A DNA stretch of 64,000 bases from an uncultured Pseudomonadota bacterium. Its GTDB lineage: Bacteria > Desulfobacterota > Syntrophorhabdia > Syntrophorhabdales > CAYQXL01. The notes under the pieces were generated by a model. That model made no database searches, had not been told where the DNA came from, and saw only the letters and a list, made by a program, of their open reading frames with translations. Positions 26,719-36,638 of this stretch are shown here, piece by piece (within the stretch, counting starts at the first letter, position 1; each line of letters starts with the position of its first letter). The stretch is from the NCBI GenBank assembly GCA_964651435.1, contig CAZYVU010000007.1, positions 9,143 to 73,142 on the forward strand, given 5' to 3'. A program made the position numbers and the translations under genes.

Positions 26719-27567
26719 ATGGCGGTACTAACCATATCGAGAGAATACGGCAGCGGCGGAAAGGAGATCGGGCGGCGCGTGGCCGAGGCGATGGGATACG
26801 GCTACGTCGACAGGGGCCGCATACTGGCGGACATGAGAGAATCCGGCGCCCAGTGGGAGGAGCAGGCCAAGTACTTTGACGAGAATAGCCCCGATGTCTG
26901 GGAACGTTTCAAATGGTCATTCCGGGGCTACGTGGCGCTGCAACAGTACCATATCCTCAATTACGCACTGCAGGACAACCTGGTCATCATGGGAAGGGGA
27001 GGGAACTTCCTCCTCAAGAACATTCCCTATGTGCTACGTATACGCACCCAGGCGCCCCTGAAGAAGCGCGTAGAGACGGTCATGCTCTGGGAGGACACAA
27101 ACTCTGAGAACGCCCAATATCTCATTGAAAAGGCGGACAAGGAGATGGCAGGGGCCGTTTATCTGACCTACGGCCATTCCTGGAATGACCGGACGCAGTA
27201 CGACATGATCTTCGACACAAGCCTCCAGTCCTATGACGATATTGTGGTTATCCTAAAGGATGAGCTTGGGAGGCGGGACCAAGTCCACACGCCGAAAGCG
27301 CAGGAACTACTGCAACTGAAGGTTCTTGCCGCAAAGATCAAGGCTGAGCTTGCAATCAATCCCGACTTTCACATCTCGTCGCTTTCCGTCGACTTCAAGG
27401 AAGAAGGCCTTGTCGAGTATGGGCTCATCGTCAAGGGTGCCGTTCACGAGGGTGACGACATCGCCCAGATTAAGGAATTCGTGACGAAGGCTTGCGGAAC
27501 AATTCCAGTAGAGTTCGAGGTAAAGTTCCGCTGGCCCTCGCGGCTTGGCCGCTGGCAATACAAATAG
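26719..27567 (+). CDS. cytidylate-kinase-like family protein
   Basis: 282-aa ORF with N-terminus LTISREYGSGGKEIGRRVAEAMGYGYVD, typical of the cytidylate-kinase-like (non-Cmk) family. Confidence 0.65.
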   Translation: MAVLTISREYGSGGKEIGRRVAEAMGYGYVDRGRILADMRESGAQWEEQAKYFDENSPDVWERFKWSFRGYVALQQYHILNYALQDNLVIMGRGGNFLLKNIPYVLRIRTQAPLKKRVETVMLWEDTNSENAQYLIEKADKEMAGAVYLTYGHSWNDRTQYDMIFDTSLQSYDDIVVILKDELGRRDQVHTPKAQELLQLKVLAAKIKAELAINPDFHISSLSVDFKEEGLVEYGLIVKGAVHEGDDIAQIKEFVTKACGTIPVEFEVKFRWPSRLGRWQYK

Positions 27568-27578
27568 ACCTTTCCTGG

Positions 27579-27612
27579 CGGGGGTCCGGCTCCGGACCCC
27601 CGTTCCTTTATT
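27579..27612 (+). terminator. probable rho-independent terminator
   Basis: CGGGGGTCCGG / CCGGACCCCCG inverted repeat followed by the T-rich TTCCTTTATT. Confidence 0.6.
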
Positions 27613-27638
27613 GACAAGAAGTTTCTCAACTCTATATA
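27611..27638 (+). promoter_or_regulatory. candidate sigma70 promoter for the P-type ATPase gene
   Basis: TTGACA (27611-27616), 16-nt spacer, TATATA (27633-27638). Confidence 0.45.
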
Positions 27639-27696
27639 TTAAGATTCCACACGCTACAGAGACTGCTGCGAATATACCGATTTCCGGGGGCTCTCG

Positions 27697-30498
27697 ATGG
27701 AAGAAAGGCCTTATTATTGCCTGCCGGCCGAACATGTTGCCGACAGGCTCAACACACGTATCGAGGCGGGACTCACGACAGAGGAAGCCCGGCAGCGGCA
27801 GCGGCAGCAGGGTTTCAACGAGCTGGCAGAGAGAAAACAGGCCGGTTTTTTAAAGCTCCTCCTATCCCAGTTCAACAATTTTCTTGTCATCATTCTCATA
27901 ATCGCCGCCGCTGTCTCCTTCGTTCTTGGAGAGCAAATCGATGCCGCCGCCATCCTGGTGATCGTTGTCCTTAATGCGGTGGTGGGGGTAATCCAAGAGT
28001 TCAAGGCCGAGCAGGCGCTCCTTGCGCTCAAAAAGATGTCGGCACCGAATGCTCAGGTCATGCGGGACGGGCGCCAGCAAACCATTCCGTCGAGAGAACT
28101 GGTTGTCGGCGACATCGTCGTCGTCGAGGCCGGGAACTACGTGCCGGCAGACCTTCGCCTCATAGAAAGTGTCAATCTGAAGATTGAAGAGGCCTCCTTG
28201 ACCGGTGAATCGATGCCTGTGGAGAAAGAGGCCACTGCAGTTCTGGACCGGGAGATACCTTTAGGAGACAGACGGAATTCGGCCTTCATGAGCACAATAG
28301 TCACCTATGGCAGAGGCAAGGGCATGGTCACGGCAACGGGTATGAAAACCCAGATCGGTCTCATTGCCGAAATGCTTCAGTCCACCTCCGACGAATCGAC
28401 GCCCCTCCAGAAGAAGCTGCAGCAGTTGGCAAAGGTGCTCGGCATGATCTGTCTGTGTGTCTGCGCCGTCATCTTCGCCCTCGGACTCATCAGGGACACC
28501 AACATAACGACTATCTTCGACGCAGGTTTTTCTGCCTACCTCGTCGCCGAAAAGAAAGATATTGTCGGACTTTTCATGGCGGCCATCAGCCTCGCCATTG
28601 CGGCCATACCGGAGGGGCTCGCTGCTGTTGTTACGATTTGCCTCGCCTTGGGCATGCAAAGAATGATCAGCCGCCATGCGCTTATACGGAGGCTCCCGGC
28701 GGTGGAGACCCTGGGCTGCGCCTCCGTCATCTGCTCCGACAAGACGGGGACTCTGACCCAGAATGCCATGACGGTGGTGAGGGCGTGGTGTGCTGGAAGG
28801 GCCTATGAGATCACGGGGAACGGTTACTCACCTGAAGGAGAAATTCTTGGGGAAAAAGGTGAGGCAGCCGCAACAAACGACATGCCGCTACGCCTCTTGC
28901 TTCAGGGAAACCTTCTCTGCAACGATGCACTGCTGGAGAGACCGGAGGAGAGCGGGACTGCCGGACCGTGGCGCATCATAGGCGATCCGACGGAGGGCGC
29001 ACTGGTGGTGGCCGGGGCAAAGGCCGGCCTGTGGAAGAGGGAGGTGGAATCCGCCCTGCCGAGAATAATGGAAATACCCTTTGATTCTGAAAGAAAGAGG
29101 ATGACGACGATCCACAAGGCAGGGAAAGGGATAGGGCTCCCTGAGGCATCCGACGGGGACCGCGGCCCCGTCATCGGCTTTACCAAAGGCGCCCCCGATT
29201 TCGTATTGAGCCTCTGTGACCGTATGCTCTTGGACGGAAAGATTGTGGCGCTTACCCCGGCCGAACGCGACAGAATTCTTGCTGAAAATAGAGAGATGGC
29301 GCGAAGGGCCCTTCGCGTTCTTGCCTTGGCCTATCGGACCTTTCCCGACGCCCCACCTACGTGCGACTTTCGCGTCATCGAGAACGGGCTGGTGTTCATA
29401 GGGTTAACGGGCATGATCGATCCTGCAAGACCGGAGGCAAAAGCGGCGGTCAAGGTGGCAAATAGCGCAGGATTGAAGACAGTCATGGTCACGGGAGATT
29501 ACAAGGAGACGGCAGAAGCCATAGCCGCCGAGATAGGCCTCATCACCCCCGGAGGCAAGGTCCTCACCGGCACGGAGCTCGACGCCATGAGCGACCAGGA
29601 GCTCGCCGGTATTATTGGCGACGTGAATGTCTGCTGCCGCGTTTCTCCGCATCACAAGACCAAGATCGTCGATGCCTTTAAGTCAAGGGATCACGTGGTA
29701 GCCATGACGGGCGACGGGGTAAATGACGCGCCCGCCCTCAAGAAGGCCAATATAGGCATCGCCATGGGGATTACGGGAACAGACGTATCGAAAGAGACGG
29801 CGGACATGGTCCTTACGGACGACAACTACGCAAGCATTGTGTCGGCCATCGAAGAGGGGAGGATCATCTATTCGAACATTCGCAAGTTTGTCTACTTTCT
29901 CTTAGTCTGCAACGTTGGAGAGATCCTCATCATCTTTTTTGCCATGCTCTTTGGCCTACCACTACCCCTCAAGCCCGTGCAGCTACTCTTGCTTAACCTT
30001 GTGACGGACGGGGCACCCGCCCTCGCCCTGGGGCTGGAAAAAGGAGAGCCCGACATTATGCAGCGGCCGCCAAGGCCCGCAAAAGAACCCGTCATTAACA
30101 AAGACATGCTCATAGGGCTCATCGTCATCCCCATAGTCGATGCGATTGCCATACTCTCCGTCTTTTCGCTCTTTCTTTCCCGTTTTCAGGGTCAGGTCGG
30201 TCAGGCGCAGACCGTTGCTTTTGCCACGCTGTGCGCCTCGGAGCTTCTACGTGCATTCACGGCCCGCTCGGAACGGAACAGCATAGCGGCTGTCGGACTG
30301 ACCTCGAATAAATGGATGGTTTGGGCCTTTGGGAGCTCCCTTGTCATTGTGCTTTGCACCATATATCTGCCATTCCTGCAGACCCTTTTCGGCACCGTCG
30401 CCCTCTCCCTTGTCGACTGGGCTATCATGCTTCCCTTCATCTTCATGGCGCCTGCTGCCGCCGAGTGCGTGAAGGTCTTTGTCAGGCGGACCTACTGA
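27697..30498 (+). CDS. cation-translocating P-type ATPase (type IIA, Ca2+-ATPase-like)
   Basis: 933-aa ORF with TGES, the phosphorylation site CSDKTGTLT, the MVTGD block and the hinge [13 protein letters not shown]. Confidence 0.9.
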   Translation: MEERPYYCLPAEHVADRLNTRIEAGLTTEEARQRQRQQGFNELAERKQAGFLKLLLSQFNNFLVIILIIAAAVSFVLGEQIDAAAILVIVVLNAVVGVIQEFKAEQALLALKKMSAPNAQVMRDGRQQTIPSRELVVGDIVVVEAGNYVPADLRLIESVNLKIEEASLTGESMPVEKEATAVLDREIPLGDRRNSAFMSTIVTYGRGKGMVTATGMKTQIGLIAEMLQSTSDESTPLQKKLQQLAKVLGMICLCVCAVIFALGLIRDTNITTIFDAGFSAYLVAEKKDIVGLFMAAISLAIAAIPEGLAAVVTICLALGMQRMISRHALIRRLPAVETLGCASVICSDKTGTLTQNAMTVVRAWCAGRAYEITGNGYSPEGEILGEKGEAAATNDMPLRLLLQGNLLCNDALLERPEESGTAGPWRIIGDPTEGALVVAGAKAGLWKREVESALPRIMEIPFDSERKRMTTIHKAGKGIGLPEASDGDRGPVIGFTKGAPDFVLSLCDRMLLDGKIVALTPAERDRILAENREMARRALRVLALAYRTFPDAPPTCDFRVIENGLVFIGLTGMIDPARPEAKAAVKVANSAGLKTVMVTGDYKETAEAIAAEIGLITPGGKVLTGTELDAMSDQELAGIIGDVNVCCRVSPHHKTKIVDAFKSRDHVVAMTGDGVNDAPALKKANIGIAMGITGTDVSKETADMVLTDDNYASIVSAIEEGRIIYSNIRKFVYFLLVCNVGEILIIFFAMLFGLPLPLKPVQLLLLNLVTDGAPALALGLEKGEPDIMQRPPRPAKEPVINKDMLIGLIVIPIVDAIAILSVFSLFLSRFQGQVGQAQTVAFATLCASELLRAFTARSERNSIAAVGLTSNKWMVWAFGSSLVIVLCTIYLPFLQTLFGTVALSLVDWAIMLPFIFMAPAAAECVKVFVRRTY

Positions 30499-31135
30499 AC
30501 TTCTCCACGTCTTGGTTCTTCCCGATGACAACAAGTACCTCGCTCCCCTTCATAAGGTAGTCTTGAGGGACCATTGTGACCTTGTCGGTCAGGATGTCAC
30601 GGATGGCGATGGCATCGACGTGGTACTTGCTCCGCAAATGCACCTCCGCCAGCGTCTTTCCTATGAAGTTTTCCGGAGGGGCCACCTCACAGACCGCATA
30701 TTCATCGCTTAACGGGAGAAAATCAAGGACATTGGGCGAAACAAGACTACGGGCCACCTTGCTCGCAATCTCCTTCTCGGGAATGATCACTTCCGTGGCG
30801 CCCACGCTTTCCAGCACAAGTTTGTGCTCGCTGTTCGGCGCCTTGACGATGATCGTCTTCACGCCGATCTGTCTCAGGTGGAGGGTGATAAGAGTGCTCG
30901 CGGCGAGATCCTCGCCAAAGGAGACGACAACCGTGTCATCGGGCTCAATCCCCAGTGATTCGAGAAGCCCGCGGTCAACGCCATCGGCAAGAATGGCCTT
31001 TGTACAATAATCGCGCACCTCTTGTATGGCCTCTTTCTTCTTGTCAATAGCCATCACCTCCAAACCGGCGTCAAAAAGGGCCTTCACCAGATTGAAGCCA
31101 AAGATCCCTATGCCGATGACTACCACCCTTTTCAT
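30482..31135 (-). CDS. ktrA: TrkA/KtrA-type K+ uptake regulatory subunit
   Basis: 217-aa ORF with the Rossmann motif VVVIGIGIFG (RCK_N) plus a C-terminal RCK_C. It lies downstream of ktrB. Confidence 0.85.
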   Translation of the reverse strand: MKRVVVIGIGIFGFNLVKALFDAGLEVMAIDKKKEAIQEVRDYCTKAILADGVDRGLLESLGIEPDDTVVVSFGEDLAASTLITLHLRQIGVKTIIVKAPNSEHKLVLESVGATEVIIPEKEIASKVARSLVSPNVLDFLPLSDEYAVCEVAPPENFIGKTLAEVHLRSKYHVDAIAIRDILTDKVTMVPQDYLMKGSEVLVVIGKNQDVEKFSRSA

Positions 31136-31146
31136 TGCGTGCCCTC

Positions 31147-32526
31147 CTATCCGACCATAATCGGTTCTTCAGCGTACGTGAATTTCTGCCTTCCCGACTG
31201 AAGGCTCAAAGACAGGGCCAGAGTAAGGGGCCCAACCCGCCCCGCAAACATGAGCAAGGCAACGACCAGTTTCTGGAAATCGCTGAGGGCTGAAGTAACA
31301 CCCATGGAAAGGCCGACTGTGCCATAAGCGGAAACCGCCTCAAAGAGATATTCGACAAAAAAATGCCTGCTGGCTGAAGGGGATGGGGTCACGGGTGCAC
31401 TTACCAGCAACAATGCAGTGACAAGGGCCACGGAAAACGCGGAAGCAAATATGATGGAAATGGTCCGCGTCGTTGTCTCTTTGGGAATCGTCCTGTTGGC
31501 CACGGAGACTTCTTCGATTCCCTTGAACCTGTTCCAGATGAGCAGCCACAGAACTGCAGCGCTTGAGGTCTTTATCCCTCCACCCGTGGAGCCTGGTGAG
31601 GCGCCGATAAACATGAGGACTATGAGGAGCAGGATACTGTCATTGGTAAGCCTTCCTACTTCTACCGTGTTAAATCCGCATGTGCGGGCAGTGACGGACT
31701 GGAAGAGGGCAACGAGCACCTTCGTTGAAAAATCGAATTCTCGTATGACGTGGTTTCGCTCAAAGACAAAAAGGAGTATGGCTCCGAAGGCCACGAGAAC
31801 AACGGTTGTAATGATGACGATGCGGGCGTGAAGGGATAACCTCCTTTGCAGGCCTCGAATTCTATCGAGGAGTTCGTGAAGGACGATAAACCCGATGCCT
31901 CCAAGAAGGATCAAGGCAATGATTGTCAGGTTAACTATGACGTCCCCCTTGTAGTTCTCAAGACTGTTTGAAAACAGCGAGTATCCGCAATTGTTAAATG
32001 CCGAGATGGAATGGTATATGGCCAGATAGAAGGCCCGTCCGGGCTGAAAATCTGCCGAGAAGCGGACAAAGAGGAGCATGGCCCCGACACTCTCGATGAC
32101 AAGGGTAAACCAGAAGACGGATTTTAGAATAACGAAAAAATCCCTCGTGGGCGCGTGAAGGAATGAAGACTGAATGATCTCCCTTCCTTTGAAGGATGTT
32201 CCAAAGCCCATCATCCGAAAGAACAGCACCGAGAAGGTGATGATTCCAAGGCCACCCACCTGGAAAAGAACAATGGTCGTTATCTGCCCAAATAAGGAAA
32301 GATCTTTGCCAATGTCGACGACGGCAAGGCCCGTAACACAGACAGCCGACGCAGACGAGAACAGGGCGTTGATAAAGGTGAGGCGCTGACCGGACGCAGA
32401 GATAGGGAGCCAGAGCACAATCGCACCGGCAAAAACCAGACAGGCGAAGCTAAGAATAAAGGTGCGCGGCGCATCGAGATGACGCATAAAGAAACGTCGT
32501 AGTCGCATGATCGCTGATGTCTTCAC
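31147..32526 (-). CDS. ktrB: TrkH/KtrB-family K+ transporter
   Basis: 459-aa polytopic ORF with repeated selectivity-filter-like segments (CVTGLAV, NNCGYS, RTCGFN, GSTGGGIKT). The start could be the ATG at 32508. Confidence 0.85.
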   Translation of the reverse strand: MKTSAIMRLRRFFMRHLDAPRTFILSFACLVFAGAIVLWLPISASGQRLTFINALFSSASAVCVTGLAVVDIGKDLSLFGQITTIVLFQVGGLGIITFSVLFFRMMGFGTSFKGREIIQSSFLHAPTRDFFVILKSVFWFTLVIESVGAMLLFVRFSADFQPGRAFYLAIYHSISAFNNCGYSLFSNSLENYKGDVIVNLTIIALILLGGIGFIVLHELLDRIRGLQRRLSLHARIVIITTVVLVAFGAILLFVFERNHVIREFDFSTKVLVALFQSVTARTCGFNTVEVGRLTNDSILLLIVLMFIGASPGSTGGGIKTSSAAVLWLLIWNRFKGIEEVSVANRTIPKETTTRTISIIFASAFSVALVTALLLVSAPVTPSPSASRHFFVEYLFEAVSAYGTVGLSMGVTSALSDFQKLVVALLMFAGRVGPLTLALSLSLQSGRQKFTYAEEPIMVG

Positions 32527-32540
32527 GGTTAGCGGAAATG

Positions 32541-32569
32541 ATTATATGCGCTTGGCTCCCTCTTGTAAA
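32541..32569 (-). promoter_or_regulatory. candidate sigma70 promoter for ktrBA
   Basis: Minus strand: TTTACA, 17-nt spacer, TATAAT. The -10 ends 14 nt before the GTG at 32526. Confidence 0.45.
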
Positions 32570-32729
32570 TGGATTTTGACCCTCCCGGACTGTACCGTCA
32601 AACTCCCCGAAAGCTGGGGGTCATGTACAAATTGTTGATTCCTATGGGAAATAGCGTTACCATTAGGCCTTAGGTGCTTTGCAACTGCGCATAAACACGG
32701 TGCATGAATAACGTTGGCCGGAGAGATCC

Positions 32730-33632
32730 ATGGAGCCGAAGTTTCCCCGGTTTAAGTCTATCGAGTTAAGGGATCGGGCTATTTTTCAATCCTTCCTCGC
32801 TGAGTACAAGCCAAACACGTCGGAGTGGACGTTTTCGAATCTTTTCATTTGGCGTTCTCACTATGGGTTCCGTTGGTCGTTGTTTGAGGATTGGCTGCTC
32901 GTCCTGTGCGGTGGAGGAGAGGATGGAGCATACGGGTTGCAGCCCATCGGCCCCACTCCCAGGGATCGAGCGGTTGCGACCCTCCTGTCATTCCTTAAGG
33001 ACTCAGAGGGCCGGGAGCACGCTTTTGTCGAGAGGGCGGACGCCAGGACAGTGGCAGAGCTAAGAGACAGTTCCGCTTTCAGAATAGAGCCCGCGCGTGA
33101 CCACTTCGACTACGTGTACCTGCGGAATAACCTTGCGAGGTTGGAGGGGAACCGCTTCAGATCGAAACGCAACCATATCAACAAACTGCAGCGAACACAT
33201 ACGTTCAGCTATGAGGCCCTGGAGGAGCGCCACATCGATGCGTGCCTCGACCTGCAAGAGCGATGGTGTCGCATCCGGCGGTGCCGGGACGACCTAAACC
33301 TGCTGGGAGAGTGGGAGGCGGTGCGTGAGGTGCTAACCCACTTTGCCACACTGGAACTGATGGGCGGAGTCATCGTGCTGGAGGGTAGGGTGGATGCCTT
33401 CACGGTCGGAGAGATGCTGAACGACAACACGGCCGTTGTCCACATAGAGAAGGCAGACCCCAAGATACCTGGTCTCTACCCCATCATTAATCAACAGTTC
33501 TGCGAAAACGCCCTTGTTCGCGCTTCTTACGTTAACCGGGAGCAAGATCTTGGAGTCCCGGGCCTGAGAGAGGCAAAGATGTCCTACTATCCCGACCACT
33601 TTGAGGAAAAATACCGCATCACGCTTGCCTGA
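32730..33632 (+). CDS. DUF2156-like protein (tandem GNAT-like fold, related to the MprF C-terminal domain)
   Basis: 300-aa ORF. The N-terminal FSNLFIWRSHYGFRW block and the overall size recall the DUF2156 family. This assignment is from memory only. Confidence 0.5.
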   Translation: MEPKFPRFKSIELRDRAIFQSFLAEYKPNTSEWTFSNLFIWRSHYGFRWSLFEDWLLVLCGGGEDGAYGLQPIGPTPRDRAVATLLSFLKDSEGREHAFVERADARTVAELRDSSAFRIEPARDHFDYVYLRNNLARLEGNRFRSKRNHINKLQRTHTFSYEALEERHIDACLDLQERWCRIRRCRDDLNLLGEWEAVREVLTHFATLELMGGVIVLEGRVDAFTVGEMLNDNTAVVHIEKADPKIPGLYPIINQQFCENALVRASYVNREQDLGVPGLREAKMSYYPDHFEEKYRITLA

Positions 33633-33646
33633 GAATGGGACGGCCG

Positions 33647-35146
33647 TTACCTGACGTCGCTGGGTTGCGAACCTGCGGCGTACTTCTCCCGTTTTTGCCT
33701 GTACATGGCAGAGTCAGCCTTTGAGATAAGCTCATCGATTGTGATGGGTTCCTGGGGGTCGTAGTAGTGGCTTCCAACACTAAGGGCAAGATCATAGGGC
33801 AGGGTGCGGGTCGTGTTTGTCGCCGTCAAGCGGTCTCTGAACCGCTCTTCGATAATGGCAACGCTTTCCTTTAGCGCATCGAGGGCCAAAACGACGAATT
33901 CATCGCCTCCGATCCGGGCAACGATGTCGGAGCCCCGCATGGTATCTTTCAGTATCCCCGCCGTTTCAACGAGAGCGCGGTCTCCTTCGTTATGGCCGAA
34001 GGTATCATTTATCCATTTCATGCGGTCCAGATCAATAAAAAAGAGGATCATTCCCTTCTTGGACCGTTGAACTATACGGGCCTGCTGGTCCGCAAGGGCG
34101 AGGAACCCTCTCCTGTTATAAAGGCCCGTCAGTTCGTCATGGAGCGACATGGTTCTTAACCTGTCTTCCAGCTCTTTTAGGGCGGTAATATCGCGGAAAT
34201 CCTCGATGATACCCAGCAGCGTGCCATCTGTGTGGCGGAAAGGGGCAACGGTAAGGAGGCATGTTGCCAATTCGGTGCTCTTGGGCCAGGGCAAGCGTAT
34301 TTCAGATTCGTAGCGCCGGCATCCACCGGCGACGCGTTCCATGGAGCATTCAGGCTTTCGATAGAGGGGGCAGTCCAGAATTTCGAAGCACTTCTTTCCT
34401 GCAAGCTCGTCCTTAGGCATCCCAAGGGACTTGAGAAGGGTGCCGTTCACCCTCTGGATCGAAAAGTCCGTATCGACGACCCACATGCCGTCCGCCGCCG
34501 TGTTGAAGATCTGATCGAGCTCTCCATAGGCCTGATTGATGGTGTCCTCTGCCTTTTTGCGTTCCGTTACGTCGCGGATAAGCATTACCGTACCATTGAA
34601 GGATGGGAGGTTTCCCTCAACGATCTCGAGGGCCAAAAGGTGACCATCTTTTCGTACCCCCGTCGCATATTCGACGCGAAACCCCTCAGAGCCGAGTACT
34701 TCCCTCATGTTGTCCCATTGCCGCGAGAGGCCTTGGCTATCGCCATAGAGAATGTCGGGCTCTCGGTTTATAAGCTCTTCCACCCCGTACCCGAACATCT
34801 TTTCCACGGCATTGTTGCACATGATGATCCTGCCCTTACTGTCGATCACAACGAGTGCGTCGGGGTCGATGGCCGTAATAACGTTCTCGAGCTCGCGCCG
34901 CTTCTTCTCGGCCCGTTTCCAGCGCCGGTAGGTGAGCCAAAGCAAGCCCGTCAGGTACAGAAAGATGAAGTTAATGGCAAACTTGGCTATTTCGGTCCCA
35001 TAGTAGCTGACGAAGAATCGGTAAATAGGCTCAATAAAGTGGATGGAAAGACCAAAAAAAGAGAAGATGATGGTCAGAAGAGTGACAACAAGAAGGTCGA
35101 GCAGTTCCTTCTGTTTCGTGCGTATTGATGACCAGCCTGCGAGCAT
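33647..35146 (-). CDS. membrane-anchored PAS-PAS-GGDEF diguanylate cyclase
   Basis: 499-aa ORF with two N-terminal TM helices, two PAS-like regions and a GGDEF domain (RIGGDEFVV, with RxxD upstream). Confidence 0.85.
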   Translation of the reverse strand: MLAGWSSIRTKQKELLDLLVVTLLTIIFSFFGLSIHFIEPIYRFFVSYYGTEIAKFAINFIFLYLTGLLWLTYRRWKRAEKKRRELENVITAIDPDALVVIDSKGRIIMCNNAVEKMFGYGVEELINREPDILYGDSQGLSRQWDNMREVLGSEGFRVEYATGVRKDGHLLALEIVEGNLPSFNGTVMLIRDVTERKKAEDTINQAYGELDQIFNTAADGMWVVDTDFSIQRVNGTLLKSLGMPKDELAGKKCFEILDCPLYRKPECSMERVAGGCRRYESEIRLPWPKSTELATCLLTVAPFRHTDGTLLGIIEDFRDITALKELEDRLRTMSLHDELTGLYNRRGFLALADQQARIVQRSKKGMILFFIDLDRMKWINDTFGHNEGDRALVETAGILKDTMRGSDIVARIGGDEFVVLALDALKESVAIIEERFRDRLTATNTTRTLPYDLALSVGSHYYDPQEPITIDELISKADSAMYRQKREKYAAGSQPSDVR

Positions 35147-35255
35147 TACGAACCCATCTAATTTCTATATGGGATTACCCTTCAATGTCAAGCGCAGAGA
35201 GCATCGGCGCCCTCTTTGGCCGCCATTGCGTGAGGCGATACAGGATTTGAGAGGG

Positions 35256-35293
35256 TCGTGTTACATATGAAAATCGTGATACATATCATTGAC
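35256..35293. promoter_or_regulatory. tandem operator-like repeats overlapping the pilA -35
   Basis: TCGTGTTACATATGA (35256-35270) and TCGTGATACATATCA (35274-35288) with an 18-nt period. The second contains the inverted repeat TGATA-CA-TATCA and recurs upstream of pilM (53080-53094). Confidence 0.5.
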
Positions 35294-35317
35294 GCCACGG
35301 CAAAGGCAGTCTATAAA
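35289..35317 (+). promoter_or_regulatory. candidate sigma70 promoter for pilA
   Basis: TTGACG (35289-35294), 17-nt spacer, TATAAA (35312-35317). AAAGGAGG RBS before the ATG at 35359. Confidence 0.55.
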
Positions 35318-35358
35318 TAGAATGTGAATTACTATTCTACCTACTAAAGGAGGTTCAC

Positions 35359-35787
35359 ATGAAGATCAAAAGAAATACCAAAGGTTTCACCCTCATCGAG
35401 TTGCTCATCGTTGTGGCGATCATCGGCATTCTGGCGGCAATAGCCATCCCCAACTACATGAGCTATACGAAGAGAGCCAAGATGGGCGAGGTGGTACATG
35501 CAATGGGTGCGATTAAGAACGCGGTTGTGGTTTACTACTCGGAAAATCCTACTTTACCAACGGCTGGGAGCGCAGATTTGATTAAGAGCCACTATGGCGT
35601 GGACCTCCCCACCACTAAGGCTAGTTATGGGTTCGATCCAAGCACTCGAATAATTACGGCAAGCACTCTTTTGCCCGATAGTTCTGGGACTGCTACCCTA
35701 AGTGGAAATTTGACGTTGACCGCGGATGAACAGTATAAGAACTGGACTTGGGGAGGTACTGTCGAATCAACCTATAAACCGAAATAG
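35359..35787 (+). CDS. pilA: type IV major pilin
   Basis: 142-aa ORF with a class III signal MKIKRNTKG|[24 protein letters not shown] (G-1, F+1, E+5), followed by its own terminator and pilD. Confidence 0.85.
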   Translation: MKIKRNTKGFTLIELLIVVAIIGILAAIAIPNYMSYTKRAKMGEVVHAMGAIKNAVVVYYSENPTLPTAGSADLIKSHYGVDLPTTKASYGFDPSTRIITASTLLPDSSGTATLSGNLTLTADEQYKNWTWGGTVESTYKPK

Positions 35788-35803
35788 CACCAGCGTATTG
35801 AAT

Positions 35804-35830
35804 GGGGGGCGAAAGCCCCCCTCTTTTTCT
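35804..35830 (+). terminator. rho-independent terminator/attenuator after pilA
   Basis: GGGGGGC-GAAA-GCCCCCC hairpin followed by TCTTTTTCT. Confidence 0.8.
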
Positions 35831-35868
35831 CTTGATAGGAGTCGCATGGGTGCGGTCTAATAAGTATT

Positions 35869-36636
35869 ATGGAGATAGTAATCGTGGCCGTCTTTGGCGC
35901 CATCATAGGAAGCTTTCTCAACGTATGCATCTACCGCCTTCCCCGGGACCTGTCGATCGTGCGGCCCGGTTCCTCATGCCCCCACTGCAATAGCTCCATA
36001 AGGTTTTTCGACAACATACCCATTCTGAGCTATGCTATTCTCTGGGGTAAATGCCGAAAATGCAAGGCTCCCATCAGCCCCCGATATGCTATCGTCGAGG
36101 CCTTGGCGGCAGCGCTTTTCGTCTTCCTATATCTCACCATTGGCCTCGCTGTCGAACTACCTATCCTCATGCTGTTCGTAGCCCTGCTCATCGTCATTTC
36201 CTTCATAGACCTTGAGTTTCAGATCATTCCCGATGTTTTGAGCATTGGAGGAGTGATTGTCGGGTTCTTGCTTTCCTTTCTTAGGCCCACATTCACCTTC
36301 CTTGATTCGTTGTACGGCATTTTCCTGGGCGGCGGCCTCCTCTATGCCATTGCCTGGGGATACCAGTTTATTACAAAGCGTGAGGGTATGGGGGGAGGAG
36401 ACATTAAGCTCCTGGGTATGATCGGCGCCTTCTGCGGCGTCAAAGGGGTGCTCTTCAGCCTCTTTGCCGGTTCCCTCATCGGAGCCATCGTCGGCATTCC
36501 GCTCATGCTCTTTCAAAGAAAAGGGCTAACCTACGCAGTACCTTTCGGGCCATTCCTCTCTGGTGCAGCCTTAATATATGTCTTTGCCGGGCAACGGATC
36601 GTTCAGATTTTTGTCGCATTCTTGATGGGGCAGTAG
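35869..36636 (+). CDS. pilD: prepilin peptidase / N-methyltransferase (A24 family)
   Basis: 255-aa ORF with the Cys motif CPHC...CRKC and conserved Asp blocks (ISFIDLEFQIIPD, GGGDIKLL). Confidence 0.9.
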   Translation: MEIVIVAVFGAIIGSFLNVCIYRLPRDLSIVRPGSSCPHCNSSIRFFDNIPILSYAILWGKCRKCKAPISPRYAIVEALAAALFVFLYLTIGLAVELPILMLFVALLIVISFIDLEFQIIPDVLSIGGVIVGFLLSFLRPTFTFLDSLYGIFLGGGLLYAIAWGYQFITKREGMGGGDIKLLGMIGAFCGVKGVLFSLFAGSLIGAIVGIPLMLFQRKGLTYAVPFGPFLSGAALIYVFAGQRIVQIFVAFLMGQ

Positions 36637-36638
36637 CC

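Noticed and set aside
32527-32729. A possible c-di-AMP (ydaO-type) riboswitch or other leader RNA upstream of ktrBA.
   Set aside because: A consensus promoter sits within about 30 nt of the start codon, leaving no room for a riboswitch leader. I recognised no conserved riboswitch motifs in the remaining sequence.
35147-35358. A search for an RpoN (sigma54) GG-N10-GC promoter upstream of pilA.
   Set aside because: No TGGCAC-N5-TTGC-like element is present. A good sigma70-type TTGACG-17-TATAAA is there instead.
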